64,000 bases of DNA from Verrucomicrobiota bacterium (GCA_041167085.1 JBEEGV010000028.1:2463-66462); one strand, 5' to 3'. Shown: positions 25,898 to 36,630, counted from the first letter of the stretch. Numbers and translations: made by a program. Notes: generated by a model from the sequence alone, not told the origin.

Positions 25898-28800
25898 TTG
25901 TTGCGCGCTGCCTTGGTCGTAGTGCTCTCGACCGGAAACCTGATTTTCCTGATCTCTCCCGCACAACCTGCGGATGGCCCGGGGGCAGTGCTTCTTACCA
26001 AAGAAAACATTGTTGATGTGAAGGCCCAAAAGGCCGCGTGGCTTTCGGCGACCGTCGGCCAGACGCTTACCGTCCATGATGGGATCCGCACCGGCGAAGA
26101 TAGCCGCGCAACCGTGCGGCTGAGTGATTTGAGCGTTCTTCGAATAGACGAGCTGACCGAGACCGAAATCCTGCCACCGCAGGAAACGAACGCCACGCCG
26201 ACGCTGAATCTCAAACAAGGTTCCGCTTACTTTTTCAGTCGTGAGAAGTCACGTGAGCTTCAAATCAAAACTCCGGCAGCAAATGGCGCCATTCGGGGGA
26301 CGGAGTTCGTGGCGACCGTCGCGTCAAATGGCAATACGACCGTGACCATGCTCGATGGCGAGCTGGAGCTTTCAAATGCGCACGGTTCCGTCGTCGTCCG
26401 AAGCGGTGAGCAGGCAAACGCGGAGCCTGGTGGCAGGCCGACGAAGACGGCTGTTATCGAAGCAATCAATTCCGTCCAATGGTGCCTTTATTATCCCGGC
26501 GTTCTGGATCTGAATGACCTCGCCTTTTCCACAGGGGAAAAACAGGCATTGGAGCAGTCGCTCTCCGCTTATCGCGCAGGCGATCTGCTCGTCGCGCTGA
26601 AAGCATATTCGCATGGTCGGGCTTCAGGTTCGAACGCAGACAAGATTTATCATGCGGGTTTGTTTCTTGTCGTCGGCCAGGTCGCGAAAGCGGAACGTTT
26701 GTTGCGCGAAGTGAAACAGGATAGTCCGGGCCGCGAAGCTCTCGCGACATTGATTGCAGCTGTAACATTGAAGGCCCATGAAAGTCGCGCCGGGCCGAGC
26801 ACTGCCAGCGGCTGGATCGCAGAATCTTACTATCGCCAATCGAAAGCGGATCTGGCCGGCGCGCTAGATGCGGCGCAGCGGGCAACTCAAATCGATCCTT
26901 CATTTGGATTCGCGTGGACGCGACTGGCCGAATTACAATTTAGTTTCGGCCGTGTGCCTCAGTCGATCCAGGCGCTCGAGAAAGGGTTCGAGCTGTCACC
27001 TCGAAATGCTGCTGCCCACTCGCTTCGCGGTTTCCTGGCGAGCGCCGAAAACAAAATTAACGACGCGAAAGAAGCTTTTGAAAAGGCGATGGAGATCGAT
27101 GGCGCGCTGGGCAATGCCTGGCTCGGTCGCGGGTTGTGTTTTATCCGGCAAGGCAAAGACGAACTCGGCCGGCTTGATCTCCAAACGGCGGCGGTGCTTG
27201 AACCCAACCGCTCCATGTTCCACAGCTATCTCGGAAAGGCCTTCAGCAATGTCGGCAACGAGCAAAAGGCACGGCTCGAGTTGGACCGCGCCAAAGAATT
27301 GGATCCGGGAGATCCAACGCCCTGGATTTATTCCGCGCTCGAAAACAAACAGGACAATCGGATCAACGAAGCGGTGCGCGATTTGGAAAAATCGCTCGCA
27401 TTAAACGACAACCGTCGCGTTTATCGCTCGCAATTTCTTCTCGACCAGGATCGCGCAGTCCGCAGCGCAAATCTGGCTGCCATTTATCAGGATGATGGGA
27501 TGGACGAGGTCAGCGTCCGTGAAGCGACACGAGGCGTGGACTATGACTATGCCAGCGCTTCCTCGCACTTGTTCCTCGCCAATAGCTACAATGCTTTGCG
27601 CGATCCGACCCGGATCAATCTGCGATACGAAACGCCCTGGTTTAACGAACTCCTCCTGGCCAATTTGCTCTCGCCGGTCGGCGGCGGCCCGTTGTCTCAG
27701 TACGTATCCGAGGAGGAATATTCGAAACTGTTTGAAGCCAATCGCTTCGGGATCACGTCCACCTCCAGCTACTTCACTACCGGCGAAATTCGTGAGACTG
27801 CATCGCAGTACGGCATTTTTGGAAATGTCAGCTATTCGTTCGATACGGATTTTCAGTACAACAACGGCCTTCGACCGAATAACGAAATCACCCGTTCGGA
27901 GTCCTACGGTCAGGCGAAGGTGCAGCTGTCGCTTCAGGATACCGTATTTGTGCAGACGAAATATCAGGACACGCGCGAAGGCGATCTCCTCCAATATTAC
28001 AATCAGGACAATGCCGCGCCAGGGGCGCATTTCCGCGAGCTGCAACAGCCCGCGATAATCCTGGCTGGTTATCACCACGAATGGGCGCCGGGGATTCATA
28101 CCCTTCTCCTGGTCGGGCGCCTGGCGGACGAAGTGTTCTATTCCAATCTCAATACCGGAGCGGACGTGAATGGGTTCTCCCAATCCGGGCTGCTTCCGAA
28201 TATCAGTCGATCGCTGGTTTTCGTGCGCGATCCGAGTGGAAAAGTGGCGGACATTTTTCCCCTGCCGGTGGACGTTCGCTACCACAACACATTCGCCACA
28301 TACACAGGCGAACTAAATCAGATTTGGGAGGCGGAAAGTAACAGACTCATTGTCGGCGCCCGATTTCAGTCGGGCGAGTTTCACACGAGTGATCATTTTG
28401 ACAATGTGCCAGCTCTCGTCGCCCCCTTCTTCATGAACCCACCTGCCGCGCAGGATTTTGAAACGTCCCTGGAGCGGGAGAGCTTTTATGCTTATGACAC
28501 GTGGCGGCCGTTCCGAACTTTATCGATCACCGCGGCAGTCAGCTACGATCGATTGAGCTATCCGACCAATCATGGAAATCCGCCGATTGTGGATGCGGAA
28601 AGTTCACGAGCTCGTGTTTCGCCAAAAGTCGGTTTGATCTGGAATCCAATGGGCAATCTCGTCTTTCGCGGAGCCTACGCGCGGGCCCTGGCAGGAGTGA
28701 GCTTTGACGAAAGTGTTCAGCTTGAGCCAACTGAGGTCGCTGGTTTCAATCAGGTTTTTCGAACGATAATTTCAGAATCTCTGATCGGTTCCGTTGCAGC

Positions 28801-29485
28801 TCCCACCTACGAGAGCGGAGGCCTGCTGATTGAAAATAAGTTTAGTTCGGGGACCTATGCTGGTGTTCAGGCAACAATTCTTCGGTCAGACGTAGACCGC
28901 CGGGCCGGTATTTTCGAGGGCTCAGTTGATTCTTTGCACAACTTCAACTCGCCAATTGTCGCATCGTCGACCCCGCAGAGTTTCCGGTATGAGGAAGATA
29001 ATTTATTGCTCACGTTGAATCAGTTGGTCGGCGACGAATGGTCGTTCGGCGCGCGATACCAGGTTTCGTTTTCCGATCTGGAAACGATTTTTGGCGGTGT
29101 TCCGCAATCTGTTGTCGTCGCCTCTCTCCCTCCAGGTCCCAATCAACTGTTTTTCCATTCGCCAAGTTTCGCCGACAGCCGCCTGAAAGCGACGCTGCAC
29201 CAGGCTCAGATCTTTGCGCTCTACAACCATCCCTCAGGTTTTTTCGGCCGAGTGGAAGAATATTGGGCGCGGCAGAGCAATGTGGGTTACGCCCCTGACA
29301 TTCCGGGCGATGAAATCTTGCAACTAAACGCTTACATCGGCTACCGCTTCCGGCGCAATTACGGCGACATCACCCTAGGATTTCTGAATCTGACGGATCA
29401 AAATTACAAACTCAATCCGCTGAACTATTACAGCGAGCTTCCCCGAGATCGAACTCTCCAGGTTCGCGTCCGTCTTAATTTCTGA
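25898..29485 (+). CDS. FecR domain - TPR repeats - TonB-dependent-receptor-like outer-membrane barrel fusion protein
   Basis: FecR-like N-terminus (TVHDGIRTGEDSRATVRLSDLSVLRI ... IRGTEFVATV). About 6 TPRs (e.g. AWLGRGLCFIRQGKDELGRLDLQTAAVLEPN). C-terminal barrel motifs VSPKVGLIWNPMGNLVFRGAYARA and GFLNLTDQNYKLNP, with terminal LQVRVRLNF. TTG start. Confidence 0.75.
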   Translation: MLRAALVVVLSTGNLIFLISPAQPADGPGAVLLTKENIVDVKAQKAAWLSATVGQTLTVHDGIRTGEDSRATVRLSDLSVLRIDELTETEILPPQETNATPTLNLKQGSAYFFSREKSRELQIKTPAANGAIRGTEFVATVASNGNTTVTMLDGELELSNAHGSVVVRSGEQANAEPGGRPTKTAVIEAINSVQWCLYYPGVLDLNDLAFSTGEKQALEQSLSAYRAGDLLVALKAYSHGRASGSNADKIYHAGLFLVVGQVAKAERLLREVKQDSPGREALATLIAAVTLKAHESRAGPSTASGWIAESYYRQSKADLAGALDAAQRATQIDPSFGFAWTRLAELQFSFGRVPQSIQALEKGFELSPRNAAAHSLRGFLASAENKINDAKEAFEKAMEIDGALGNAWLGRGLCFIRQGKDELGRLDLQTAAVLEPNRSMFHSYLGKAFSNVGNEQKARLELDRAKELDPGDPTPWIYSALENKQDNRINEAVRDLEKSLALNDNRRVYRSQFLLDQDRAVRSANLAAIYQDDGMDEVSVREATRGVDYDYASASSHLFLANSYNALRDPTRINLRYETPWFNELLLANLLSPVGGGPLSQYVSEEEYSKLFEANRFGITSTSSYFTTGEIRETASQYGIFGNVSYSFDTDFQYNNGLRPNNEITRSESYGQAKVQLSLQDTVFVQTKYQDTREGDLLQYYNQDNAAPGAHFRELQQPAIILAGYHHEWAPGIHTLLLVGRLADEVFYSNLNTGADVNGFSQSGLLPNISRSLVFVRDPSGKVADIFPLPVDVRYHNTFATYTGELNQIWEAESNRLIVGARFQSGEFHTSDHFDNVPALVAPFFMNPPAAQDFETSLERESFYAYDTWRPFRTLSITAAVSYDRLSYPTNHGNPPIVDAESSRARVSPKVGLIWNPMGNLVFRGAYARALAGVSFDESVQLEPTEVAGFNQVFRTIISESLIGSVAAPTYESGGLLIENKFSSGTYAGVQATILRSDVDRRAGIFEGSVDSLHNFNSPIVASSTPQSFRYEEDNLLLTLNQLVGDEWSFGARYQVSFSDLETIFGGVPQSVVVASLPPGPNQLFFHSPSFADSRLKATLHQAQIFALYNHPSGFFGRVEEYWARQSNVGYAPDIPGDEILQLNAYIGYRFRRNYGDITLGFLNLTDQNYKLNPLNYYSELPRDRTLQVRVRLNF

Positions 29486-31491
29486 TGCGGATTCCGAAAA
29501 TCAGGCACCTCAGCCGCGGATTAGCGATTATATTTGGCAGTCTTCTCGCGGTAACGATAGGGCTGGCGTGCCTGCGTTTTTCTTTTGCCGAACCTTTGGC
29601 CCGGCGCAGCTATGATCTGCCTTTCATCGTGCGGTCAACTCTTGACACCCACGAAGCCGTTCTTGTCTACCTGGACGACGAATCGGCGAAGCAACTACAG
29701 CAGCCGCTCGATAATCTTTGGAATCGGGCGTTGCACGTCCCTCTTTTGGATCGACTGGCCCGGGACAATGCGCGGTTGGTTTTTTACGACATCGTCTTTG
29801 ATCAGCCAGCAGCGGAACCCAGCGTCGATGCAGCTTTTGCGGAGTCCATTCGACGCCACGGGAAAGTGATACTCGGCGCGGCGCTGGATAAAATCGAACG
29901 GATGGGCGGGGTGAATAAAAAAAGTGTAGCCGCCCCGATCAATCCCCTTCGCAAAGCTGCTGCCGGATGGGGAATTCTGGCATTTGATCCGGTCGATGCA
30001 GACTATGGAGTCCGCGAGATATTCCTCGGGACGAGCCTCGTTCCGACCGCGACGTGGAAAGCAGCCCAGGTGCTGGGAGCAAAGGTTACGCGCGAGTCTC
30101 GCGAGAACCCGATCAAGCGATGGGTCAATTATTATGGTCCGCGAAATACTTTCTCGTCGGTGAATTTTGCACAGGCACTCGATCCGCAGGGTGTGCCGCC
30201 CGGGTACTTCAAAGACAAAATCGTGTTAGTGGGTGGCCGATCGGCGGTCGGCTCCTTATCGGTTGGAAGGGACGAGTTCGCGACGCCTTATTCGACCTCG
30301 AATCACCAGTTTTCCCCCGGCTTGGAGATTCACGCGACCATTCTGCTCAACCTGCTGCGCGGGGAATGGCTTACCCGAATGTCTGAGAATTGGGAGACAA
30401 CTCTTATTGTCGTGATAGGGCTCGTGGCAGGCGGCCTCTCGGTTTTGCGTCCGCCGCTAGCCGCGGTCCTGGCGCTGCTAGGATCGATCGTCCTGGCGAG
30501 CTTTGCTTGTTGGTTGGTTTGGAATCAACGGATTTGGTTCGATTGGCTGGTTCCAGCCGGCATTCAGATGCCGTTAGGCCTGGTTTGGTCCGTTGGTTCG
30601 CAATACCTGCTGGAATCGCGCCGCCGGAAAGAATTGCGCAAAGCGTTCGGGTTTTATTTGTCGCCGCAGATGGCCGACAAGATCGCCAACTCGGACTTTG
30701 ATCTAACACCTGGGGGTAAGGTGGTTGATGCAACCATCATCTTTACCGACCTCGAGAATTTCACGACGCTGTCAGAAGACCTCGATCCGTCCGAAGTCTC
30801 ACAAATTCTGATCGCATATTTCGAACAGACGACGCACTGCATTCTCGAAAACAAGGGCACCATCATCAAATATGTCGGGGACGCAGTCATGGCCGGTTGG
30901 GGCGCTCCGATCGATGAGCCTGAGCACGCCATCCGCGCAGCCGAGGCCGCGTGCGATCTGCGCTGTCTCACGGAACTCGAAGTTCGCGGAAAGAAACTGC
31001 GCACCCGGATAGGGGTTAATAGTGGCAAAGTACTCGCCGGAAATCTGGGTTCATCCTTCCGCTTCGACTACACGATGATTGGTGACACGACGAACTTTGC
31101 GTCACGCCTTGAGTCATTGAACAAATACCTCAATACCCAGGTCTTGATTTCCGAGGCCGTCAGAGAACAGCTTGGGGATAAATTCATCACCCGGCGCCTC
31201 GGCGAATTTCGCGTAGCCGGCAAAACGCGCAGTGTGATTATCCACGAACTGCTCTGCCGCTGCGGCGACGCTCAATCCGGAGAAGAGAGCTGGATCAGGG
31301 TCTTTGAGGAAGGACTGGGCGGATTCCGGGCGGGCGAATTTTCGAAGGCGTGCGACCTGATGAATCAAACCCGTCACCTGCGCGGAGGGTCTGATGGCCC
31401 GGCCGAGTTCTACTTAAGAAAGATTGCCGCAATGAAGGGGAACGGAAATCCGGCAGACTGGACGGGGATCGTTGAGTTGACCGAAAAATAG
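29485..31491 (+). CDS. CHASE2 sensor domain - transmembrane - class III adenylate/guanylate cyclase
   Basis: N-terminal TM, an extracytoplasmic ~300-aa domain and 3 TMs. Cyclase motifs IIFTDLENFTT, KYVGDAVMAGWGAP, RIGVNSGKVLAGNLG, YTMIGDTTNFASRLE. The start overlaps the upstream stop (TGATG). Confidence 0.9.
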   Translation: MRIPKIRHLSRGLAIIFGSLLAVTIGLACLRFSFAEPLARRSYDLPFIVRSTLDTHEAVLVYLDDESAKQLQQPLDNLWNRALHVPLLDRLARDNARLVFYDIVFDQPAAEPSVDAAFAESIRRHGKVILGAALDKIERMGGVNKKSVAAPINPLRKAAAGWGILAFDPVDADYGVREIFLGTSLVPTATWKAAQVLGAKVTRESRENPIKRWVNYYGPRNTFSSVNFAQALDPQGVPPGYFKDKIVLVGGRSAVGSLSVGRDEFATPYSTSNHQFSPGLEIHATILLNLLRGEWLTRMSENWETTLIVVIGLVAGGLSVLRPPLAAVLALLGSIVLASFACWLVWNQRIWFDWLVPAGIQMPLGLVWSVGSQYLLESRRRKELRKAFGFYLSPQMADKIANSDFDLTPGGKVVDATIIFTDLENFTTLSEDLDPSEVSQILIAYFEQTTHCILENKGTIIKYVGDAVMAGWGAPIDEPEHAIRAAEAACDLRCLTELEVRGKKLRTRIGVNSGKVLAGNLGSSFRFDYTMIGDTTNFASRLESLNKYLNTQVLISEAVREQLGDKFITRRLGEFRVAGKTRSVIIHELLCRCGDAQSGEESWIRVFEEGLGGFRAGEFSKACDLMNQTRHLRGGSDGPAEFYLRKIAAMKGNGNPADWTGIVELTEK

Positions 31492-31808
31492 GTCTCGAAG
31501 TTGCTTCAGTGAAAGCCGTCGCGGAACGAACTGCAATCGGGCCGAAGTCTTTGGGACAGATTAGGTTGGCCTCGTTGGTTTCAGAGTTCCCGAAGGTCGT
31601 AGCCAGATTCCGTCCTACGTAAAACAAGTAAAACAAAGCCTCGACATCTTGTTCCTTATGCCTAACAATCAACGTCGATTACGTCATCGGACGTTTCAGC
31701 ATACGTTCCCAGAAATACGAAACCAAACCTCGAAGTCGTTCTCGATATGCGTCACCTTTCGGTGGCTTTAGTTCCGAAGGCCCCGGCCGAGTCTTCCCTT
31801 AAAGCAGT

Positions 31809-34800
31809 GTGAAAATAAAATATATAGCCTGCAGTGTTTTCATGGTTCTGATGGGCCTGGTTTCAGCGGGCTTTGCCGCCTCGGTAAGTATCAGTCCGAA
31901 CGCAGTCAATACCGACTATGTCGGCAAAGTATCCCTAAGCATCGCTGGCCTGACTGTCGGTAAGACGGTGTTGGTGGAGCGATTCGTTGATTTCAATGGC
32001 AACGGCGCGGTGGATGCGAGCCAGGACACGCTCACTTTCAGTTTCAAAGTAACAGACGGCCAGGTGCCGCTCATCGGCGGTGTGCGTAACGCGAATGTTC
32101 CCGGCGACGATGACGGCGTAGCCGACGGTGCCATCCGGATTGATTTGCCGTTCCCAAATGTCGATGGCGTATTTACCAGTGCAGAGGCCAAGTTCATTTT
32201 CCGCGTCTCGGACCCGCAGAATAGCTTCACCCCGGTCACCGCGGTTTTCCAGGTGACGCAGAGTGCCAAGCCGCAGGGCGTCTCTGGTCAAATCACGGCG
32301 GCGTCCGGTGGGACGCCGTTGTCAGGAGCGTTCGTTGTGGTCGCCCCGCCTAACGGATCGCCATTCGCCGCGACGGTCACAGACGTTAATGGCAACTATT
32401 CCTTCTTCACTCCACCAGGCTCCTTCGTCGTGTTCGTCGTGCAAAACGGTTTTGTTTCCGATCAAAACGCTGGTGCTGTGACCGTGGTAGCAAACCAGTT
32501 TGCGACCAGAAACCTGGCGCTGACGAGCGCCGGCTTCACCCTGTCCGGCAAGGTCAGCGATAGCTCCAGCACCGCTGGCATAGCTGGCGTCTTCGTCACG
32601 GCCAACTCCTCGGCCAACAATCTTTTCTCCGGCGGATTCGCGGACGCTAACGGCAACTACAGTTTAAAGTTAACGCCGGGTCAGTGGCAAGTTAGGCCAG
32701 ACAAGGCCGGGCCGGCCGCGGTCGGCTATCTGACCTCCTCAAAGCAGACGACTAATGCGACAGCGAGCGGATCGGCCACGCTTAATTTTGCTCTGTCGAA
32801 GGCGACCGCATTGATTTACGGCACGGTGAACGACGGCGCTAATCCAGTGAATGGACTGCAAATCAAAACCAATGACCAAGGCAATCTTCACAACACCCAG
32901 GGAGTTACATTCGCGCCGAACGGAAAATATGTCCTGGGGGTGGTAGCCGGAACCTGGGGGGTTGCCCCGGACAGCGACAGCCTTAACGAGAGAGGTTATA
33001 GCGGGGGGACCGGGTCCGACGTTACATTGAACGCAGGGGAGACGTCACAGGTTGATTTCGTCGTCCAAGCTATCACGGCCCACTTGCGCGGACAGATCAT
33101 AGACGACGTGGGCGCACCTATCCCCAACATGCAAATGTCAGTGCAGGACTCCTCGAGTCCCAGCGGGACGGGATCCCTTACTCCTCAGTCCGATAGTAAT
33201 GGAAACTTCGACGCCGGTGTGCGGGGTGGCACTTGGGAGATTTCGTTGAACTGCAGCAAGGCGCAAGGCCAGGGTTATATCAACGTTTTTGGAGACGACT
33301 TCAACGTCACCGACGGCGTGGATCAAAACAATATCGTTCTCACATTTCCGCGCTTCACCGCGACTATTAGCGGCTCGGTCAAAGACAATCTTGGCCATCC
33401 TATTCCCGGTGTGCAAATGGATGCCGACCAGCCGATCAACGGCAGCATGGATTATGGTCCTGGCTGCGTTTCCACCGACAGCAATGGCAATTACACGCTC
33501 AAAGTGCTCGGCGGCAGCTGGACCGTGTCGGCGAGCAGTGACGATCTAAACGCGCGCGGCTTCAACAGTGTCACCGGTCAGGATGTCAACATCTCCAACG
33601 GCACCGGCACGGCCAATTTTGTCGCGACCCAAATGCCTCCGATAATTACCGGACCATTGATGGCCACGGCAACCGTCGGCCAGCTCTTCGTCTATCAAGT
33701 GACCGCTACCGGTCTACCCAATAGCTACGGCGCCACACCCATTCCGCCAAACCTCAGCTTCAACGACGTTCAAGGAATCATCGGAGGAGTACCAACAACT
33801 CCAGGCACAACTCAAGTGCAGCTGAGCGCCACAAATTCGATGGGCACCGGCTCAGCGACCTTGACGATCACGGTTCAGCCTGCGCCGTCTTCGGGTCCGG
33901 TTATCATCAGCGGCACCAGTATTACTGCCCGAACGGGGCAGCCTTTCAGTTTTCAGGTATTAACAAAAAACGCGAGCTCATCGGCGCGATTGGATGCGAG
34001 TGGCCTTCCTCCTGGATTGAGCGCCGATCCCGCGAGCGGAATTATCTCGGGGACGCCGACCTCCGATGGTGGCTTTGGAGTCGCATTGACAGTTACGGAC
34101 GGGGCCGCGACAACACAGGGCATTCTCCAAATGACTTGCGTCTCCGATCCTGCCTTCCCGGTTATCACCAGCCCCGGCGCGGCCACTCTCACAGTAGGGA
34201 AGTTTTTCTCGTACACGATAACCGCGCCCGGGGATTCAGATCCATCTGATCCGACAACCTTCAGTATCATCGGAGCGCTCCCTGCAGGTCTAAGCTTTAA
34301 TCCTCAGACGGCCACCATTTCGGGTACCCCTACTGCCACTGCCAGCCAATTTACCAACGACGCCATACGCCAAACCAGCGTCGAGAGTGGAGAGGAAGAC
34401 GGACCGCGCTCAGAGGGCGCGGTGCCTTTACTCAACAATACGCCCCCGGTTAGTATTAACCAGCTCGTCACTCACAACAAGCAGGGCACGGGAACCAAAC
34501 CGCTCAATTATTTTCCCGCGACAGCCACTCCGGCAATCGCCCTTACGTCGTCGTCAACCAGTGTCAATGAAGGAGACAGTTTAACATTTATATTTTCGGC
34601 TTCGATAGTTGACCCGGTCAATGCGAAGACGGTTCACTATCAAATGAGTGGTAAAGCGAAGTCTGGGACAGATTACACGCTCAGTGGAAGTTCCGGACAA
34701 ATCGACATTCCCGCCGGTGCCGCCTCAGCCACCGTTACGCTCACAGCACTGACGGACATGGTGGCGAAGGAGAAGAACGAGACTGTAACAATGACTCTGA

Positions 34801-34880
34801 CCAAAGTGGCCAAAAAAGGAGCAAGTTACTCGCTCTCCTCTGCGAAGAAGGCCACCGTGACCATCGTTAACGTCCCGTAA
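31809..34880 (+). CDS. giant secreted surface protein: CarboxypepD_reg-like repeats, He_PIG/cadherin-like Ig domains, C-terminal Calx-beta
   Basis: Signal peptide. Five or so units of the type G.V.D..G.P..GA.V......TDSNGNY.L....G.W.V. Units of the type GLPPGLSADPASGIISGTPT. Calx-beta-like SGTDYTLSGSSGQIDIPAGAASATVTLTAL. GTG start. Confidence 0.8.
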   Translation: MKIKYIACSVFMVLMGLVSAGFAASVSISPNAVNTDYVGKVSLSIAGLTVGKTVLVERFVDFNGNGAVDASQDTLTFSFKVTDGQVPLIGGVRNANVPGDDDGVADGAIRIDLPFPNVDGVFTSAEAKFIFRVSDPQNSFTPVTAVFQVTQSAKPQGVSGQITAASGGTPLSGAFVVVAPPNGSPFAATVTDVNGNYSFFTPPGSFVVFVVQNGFVSDQNAGAVTVVANQFATRNLALTSAGFTLSGKVSDSSSTAGIAGVFVTANSSANNLFSGGFADANGNYSLKLTPGQWQVRPDKAGPAAVGYLTSSKQTTNATASGSATLNFALSKATALIYGTVNDGANPVNGLQIKTNDQGNLHNTQGVTFAPNGKYVLGVVAGTWGVAPDSDSLNERGYSGGTGSDVTLNAGETSQVDFVVQAITAHLRGQIIDDVGAPIPNMQMSVQDSSSPSGTGSLTPQSDSNGNFDAGVRGGTWEISLNCSKAQGQGYINVFGDDFNVTDGVDQNNIVLTFPRFTATISGSVKDNLGHPIPGVQMDADQPINGSMDYGPGCVSTDSNGNYTLKVLGGSWTVSASSDDLNARGFNSVTGQDVNISNGTGTANFVATQMPPIITGPLMATATVGQLFVYQVTATGLPNSYGATPIPPNLSFNDVQGIIGGVPTTPGTTQVQLSATNSMGTGSATLTITVQPAPSSGPVIISGTSITARTGQPFSFQVLTKNASSSARLDASGLPPGLSADPASGIISGTPTSDGGFGVALTVTDGAATTQGILQMTCVSDPAFPVITSPGAATLTVGKFFSYTITAPGDSDPSDPTTFSIIGALPAGLSFNPQTATISGTPTATASQFTNDAIRQTSVESGEEDGPRSEGAVPLLNNTPPVSINQLVTHNKQGTGTKPLNYFPATATPAIALTSSSTSVNEGDSLTFIFSASIVDPVNAKTVHYQMSGKAKSGTDYTLSGSSGQIDIPAGAASATVTLTALTDMVAKEKNETVTMTLTKVAKKGASYSLSSAKKATVTIVNVP

Positions 34881-35166
34881 GGGGAACCTGGTCCAGCGCG
34901 AAACGCCTAACGGCGTCGCAATTGGTTTTTCAGCCGGTTCATCCACGTACGCTGCAATCAGATGGGGACGTCGTTCACCTCGATGGGAGGGACGACCTGG
35001 TGTCGTCCCCATATGACCGACGAGACAAGCTCGTCCCTCCCCGATGACGGGCGAGGGTCAACCACGGCAATCTGATGTAGAGATTTCTGGCACTGTGTGA
35101 TGGCGATTGAGGTCAATCGCCGCTACCTCTACGTTGGCCGGAAGCTAAAGACTTCCGCGATGTACC

Positions 35167-36585
35167 ATGGCCGAACCGAACCCGCCAACAACTGACGGTT
35201 ACGACTCACCCACCGGACAACGTCCGCAGATGACCGGCGCTTTCGTGCCGACGGCAGCGAAACATGACCCTTACGCGGCGTTTCGGTCCCGCGGATATGC
35301 ATTTTTCACGATTGGGAATCTGCTCTCCATCATCGGCCGGCAAATGCTTGCGGTCGCGGTTGAATGGGAAATCTATGCGCGGACTCATTCTGCCACCGCC
35401 CTTGGACTTGTGGGTCTGGTGATTGCCGTCCCGGTGGTGGGTCTTTCGTTACCCGCTGGTCATCTGGCTGACCGATTCAGTCGAAAACGGATCATCATGG
35501 TTTCGCAAATTCTAAGTGCAATTGCCTCTGTCGTCCTGGCGCTTATCTCCTGGAAACATCTCGCCATTCCTAACGTGTCGATTTTGCGTGCCGGCAACAG
35601 AGGATTGCATGCCATCGCAGCTCTCTTTGAGCGACATCAATCCGCGTATCATTTCGATGATGGCTCCGTTCCGTTGATTTATTTTCTGCTCTTCATCTAC
35701 GGAGCAGTGCGGACATTTGGCTGGGCGGCGCGAAGCGCATTTTTTCCGAACCTGGTCCCGCGTAACGCCTTTTCTAATGCCGTGACTTGGAACAACAGCA
35801 TTTTCCAGATTGGATCAGTAGTGGGACCGGCCATTGGTGGCTTTCTCGTCGTTCACGCCGGTTTTCCAGTGGTTTATATTATTGATGCCCTGACGGCGTT
35901 TTCATTTTTTCTGCTTATCCTTCCCATTCCGCGCGGCAAACGCGTGGCTGATGAGAGTGGCCAGAGCACCTGGCATAGCCTGGTTGAGGGCATGCGCTTC
36001 GTCTTGGGCAAGCAGGTGATTCTGGCAACGATCACGCTCGACTTATTTGCGGTCTTGTTGGGAGGCGCGACGGCGTTGCTCCCAATTTTTGCCGATCAAA
36101 TTCTACATTGTGGCGCGATCGGGCTCGGTTGGATGCGGGCCGCGCCGGCCATCGGCGCGTTCGTCATGGCGCTGATGATTGCTTATCTGCCACCAATGCG
36201 ACATGCTGGGAAGGCATTGCTGTGGTGTGTCACCGGTTTCGGAATTGCCATCGTCATCTTTGGGTTATCGAAGGCTCTTTGGTTGTCGCTGGGCATGCTG
36301 TTTCTGGCCGGTGCGCTCGATAGTGTGAGTGTGATCATCCGTGGCTCAATTATTCAGCTGGTTACACCCGACAACATGCGAGGGCGCGTTTCCGCCGTGA
36401 ACAACATCTTTATCGGCACATCCAACGAATTCGGCGCGCTCGAGTCAGGCCTGACCGCCGCTCTCTTCGGACCGGTCGTTTCCGTCGTCGGCGGTGGTAT
36501 TGGCACCATCGTTACGGTATTGGCCGCGGCCTGGCGCTGGCCTGAAATCCGCAAGATCGGCGCGCTTGATAAGACCCTAAAGTAA
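35167..36585 (+). CDS. MFS transporter
   Basis: About 12 TM segments. Loop 2-3 motif GHLADRFSRKRI. Confidence 0.8.
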   Translation: MAEPNPPTTDGYDSPTGQRPQMTGAFVPTAAKHDPYAAFRSRGYAFFTIGNLLSIIGRQMLAVAVEWEIYARTHSATALGLVGLVIAVPVVGLSLPAGHLADRFSRKRIIMVSQILSAIASVVLALISWKHLAIPNVSILRAGNRGLHAIAALFERHQSAYHFDDGSVPLIYFLLFIYGAVRTFGWAARSAFFPNLVPRNAFSNAVTWNNSIFQIGSVVGPAIGGFLVVHAGFPVVYIIDALTAFSFFLLILPIPRGKRVADESGQSTWHSLVEGMRFVLGKQVILATITLDLFAVLLGGATALLPIFADQILHCGAIGLGWMRAAPAIGAFVMALMIAYLPPMRHAGKALLWCVTGFGIAIVIFGLSKALWLSLGMLFLAGALDSVSVIIRGSIIQLVTPDNMRGRVSAVNNIFIGTSNEFGALESGLTAALFGPVVSVVGGGIGTIVTVLAAAWRWPEIRKIGALDKTLK

Positions 36586-36630
36586 AGATTTTGAATTGTA
36601 GGGCGTCTGTGTCAGAGGCCAATAATTGAT

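Noticed and set aside
27401-28285. 294-aa minus-strand ORF
   Set aside because: It is antisense to the barrel region of the FecR-TPR protein and has no motifs.
34725-35012. 95-aa minus-strand ORF between the adhesin and MFS genes
   Set aside because: It overlaps the 3' end of the adhesin gene and a cluster of GGGACG-type hairpins (gggacgac-ctggt-gtcgtccc). It has no coding signature.
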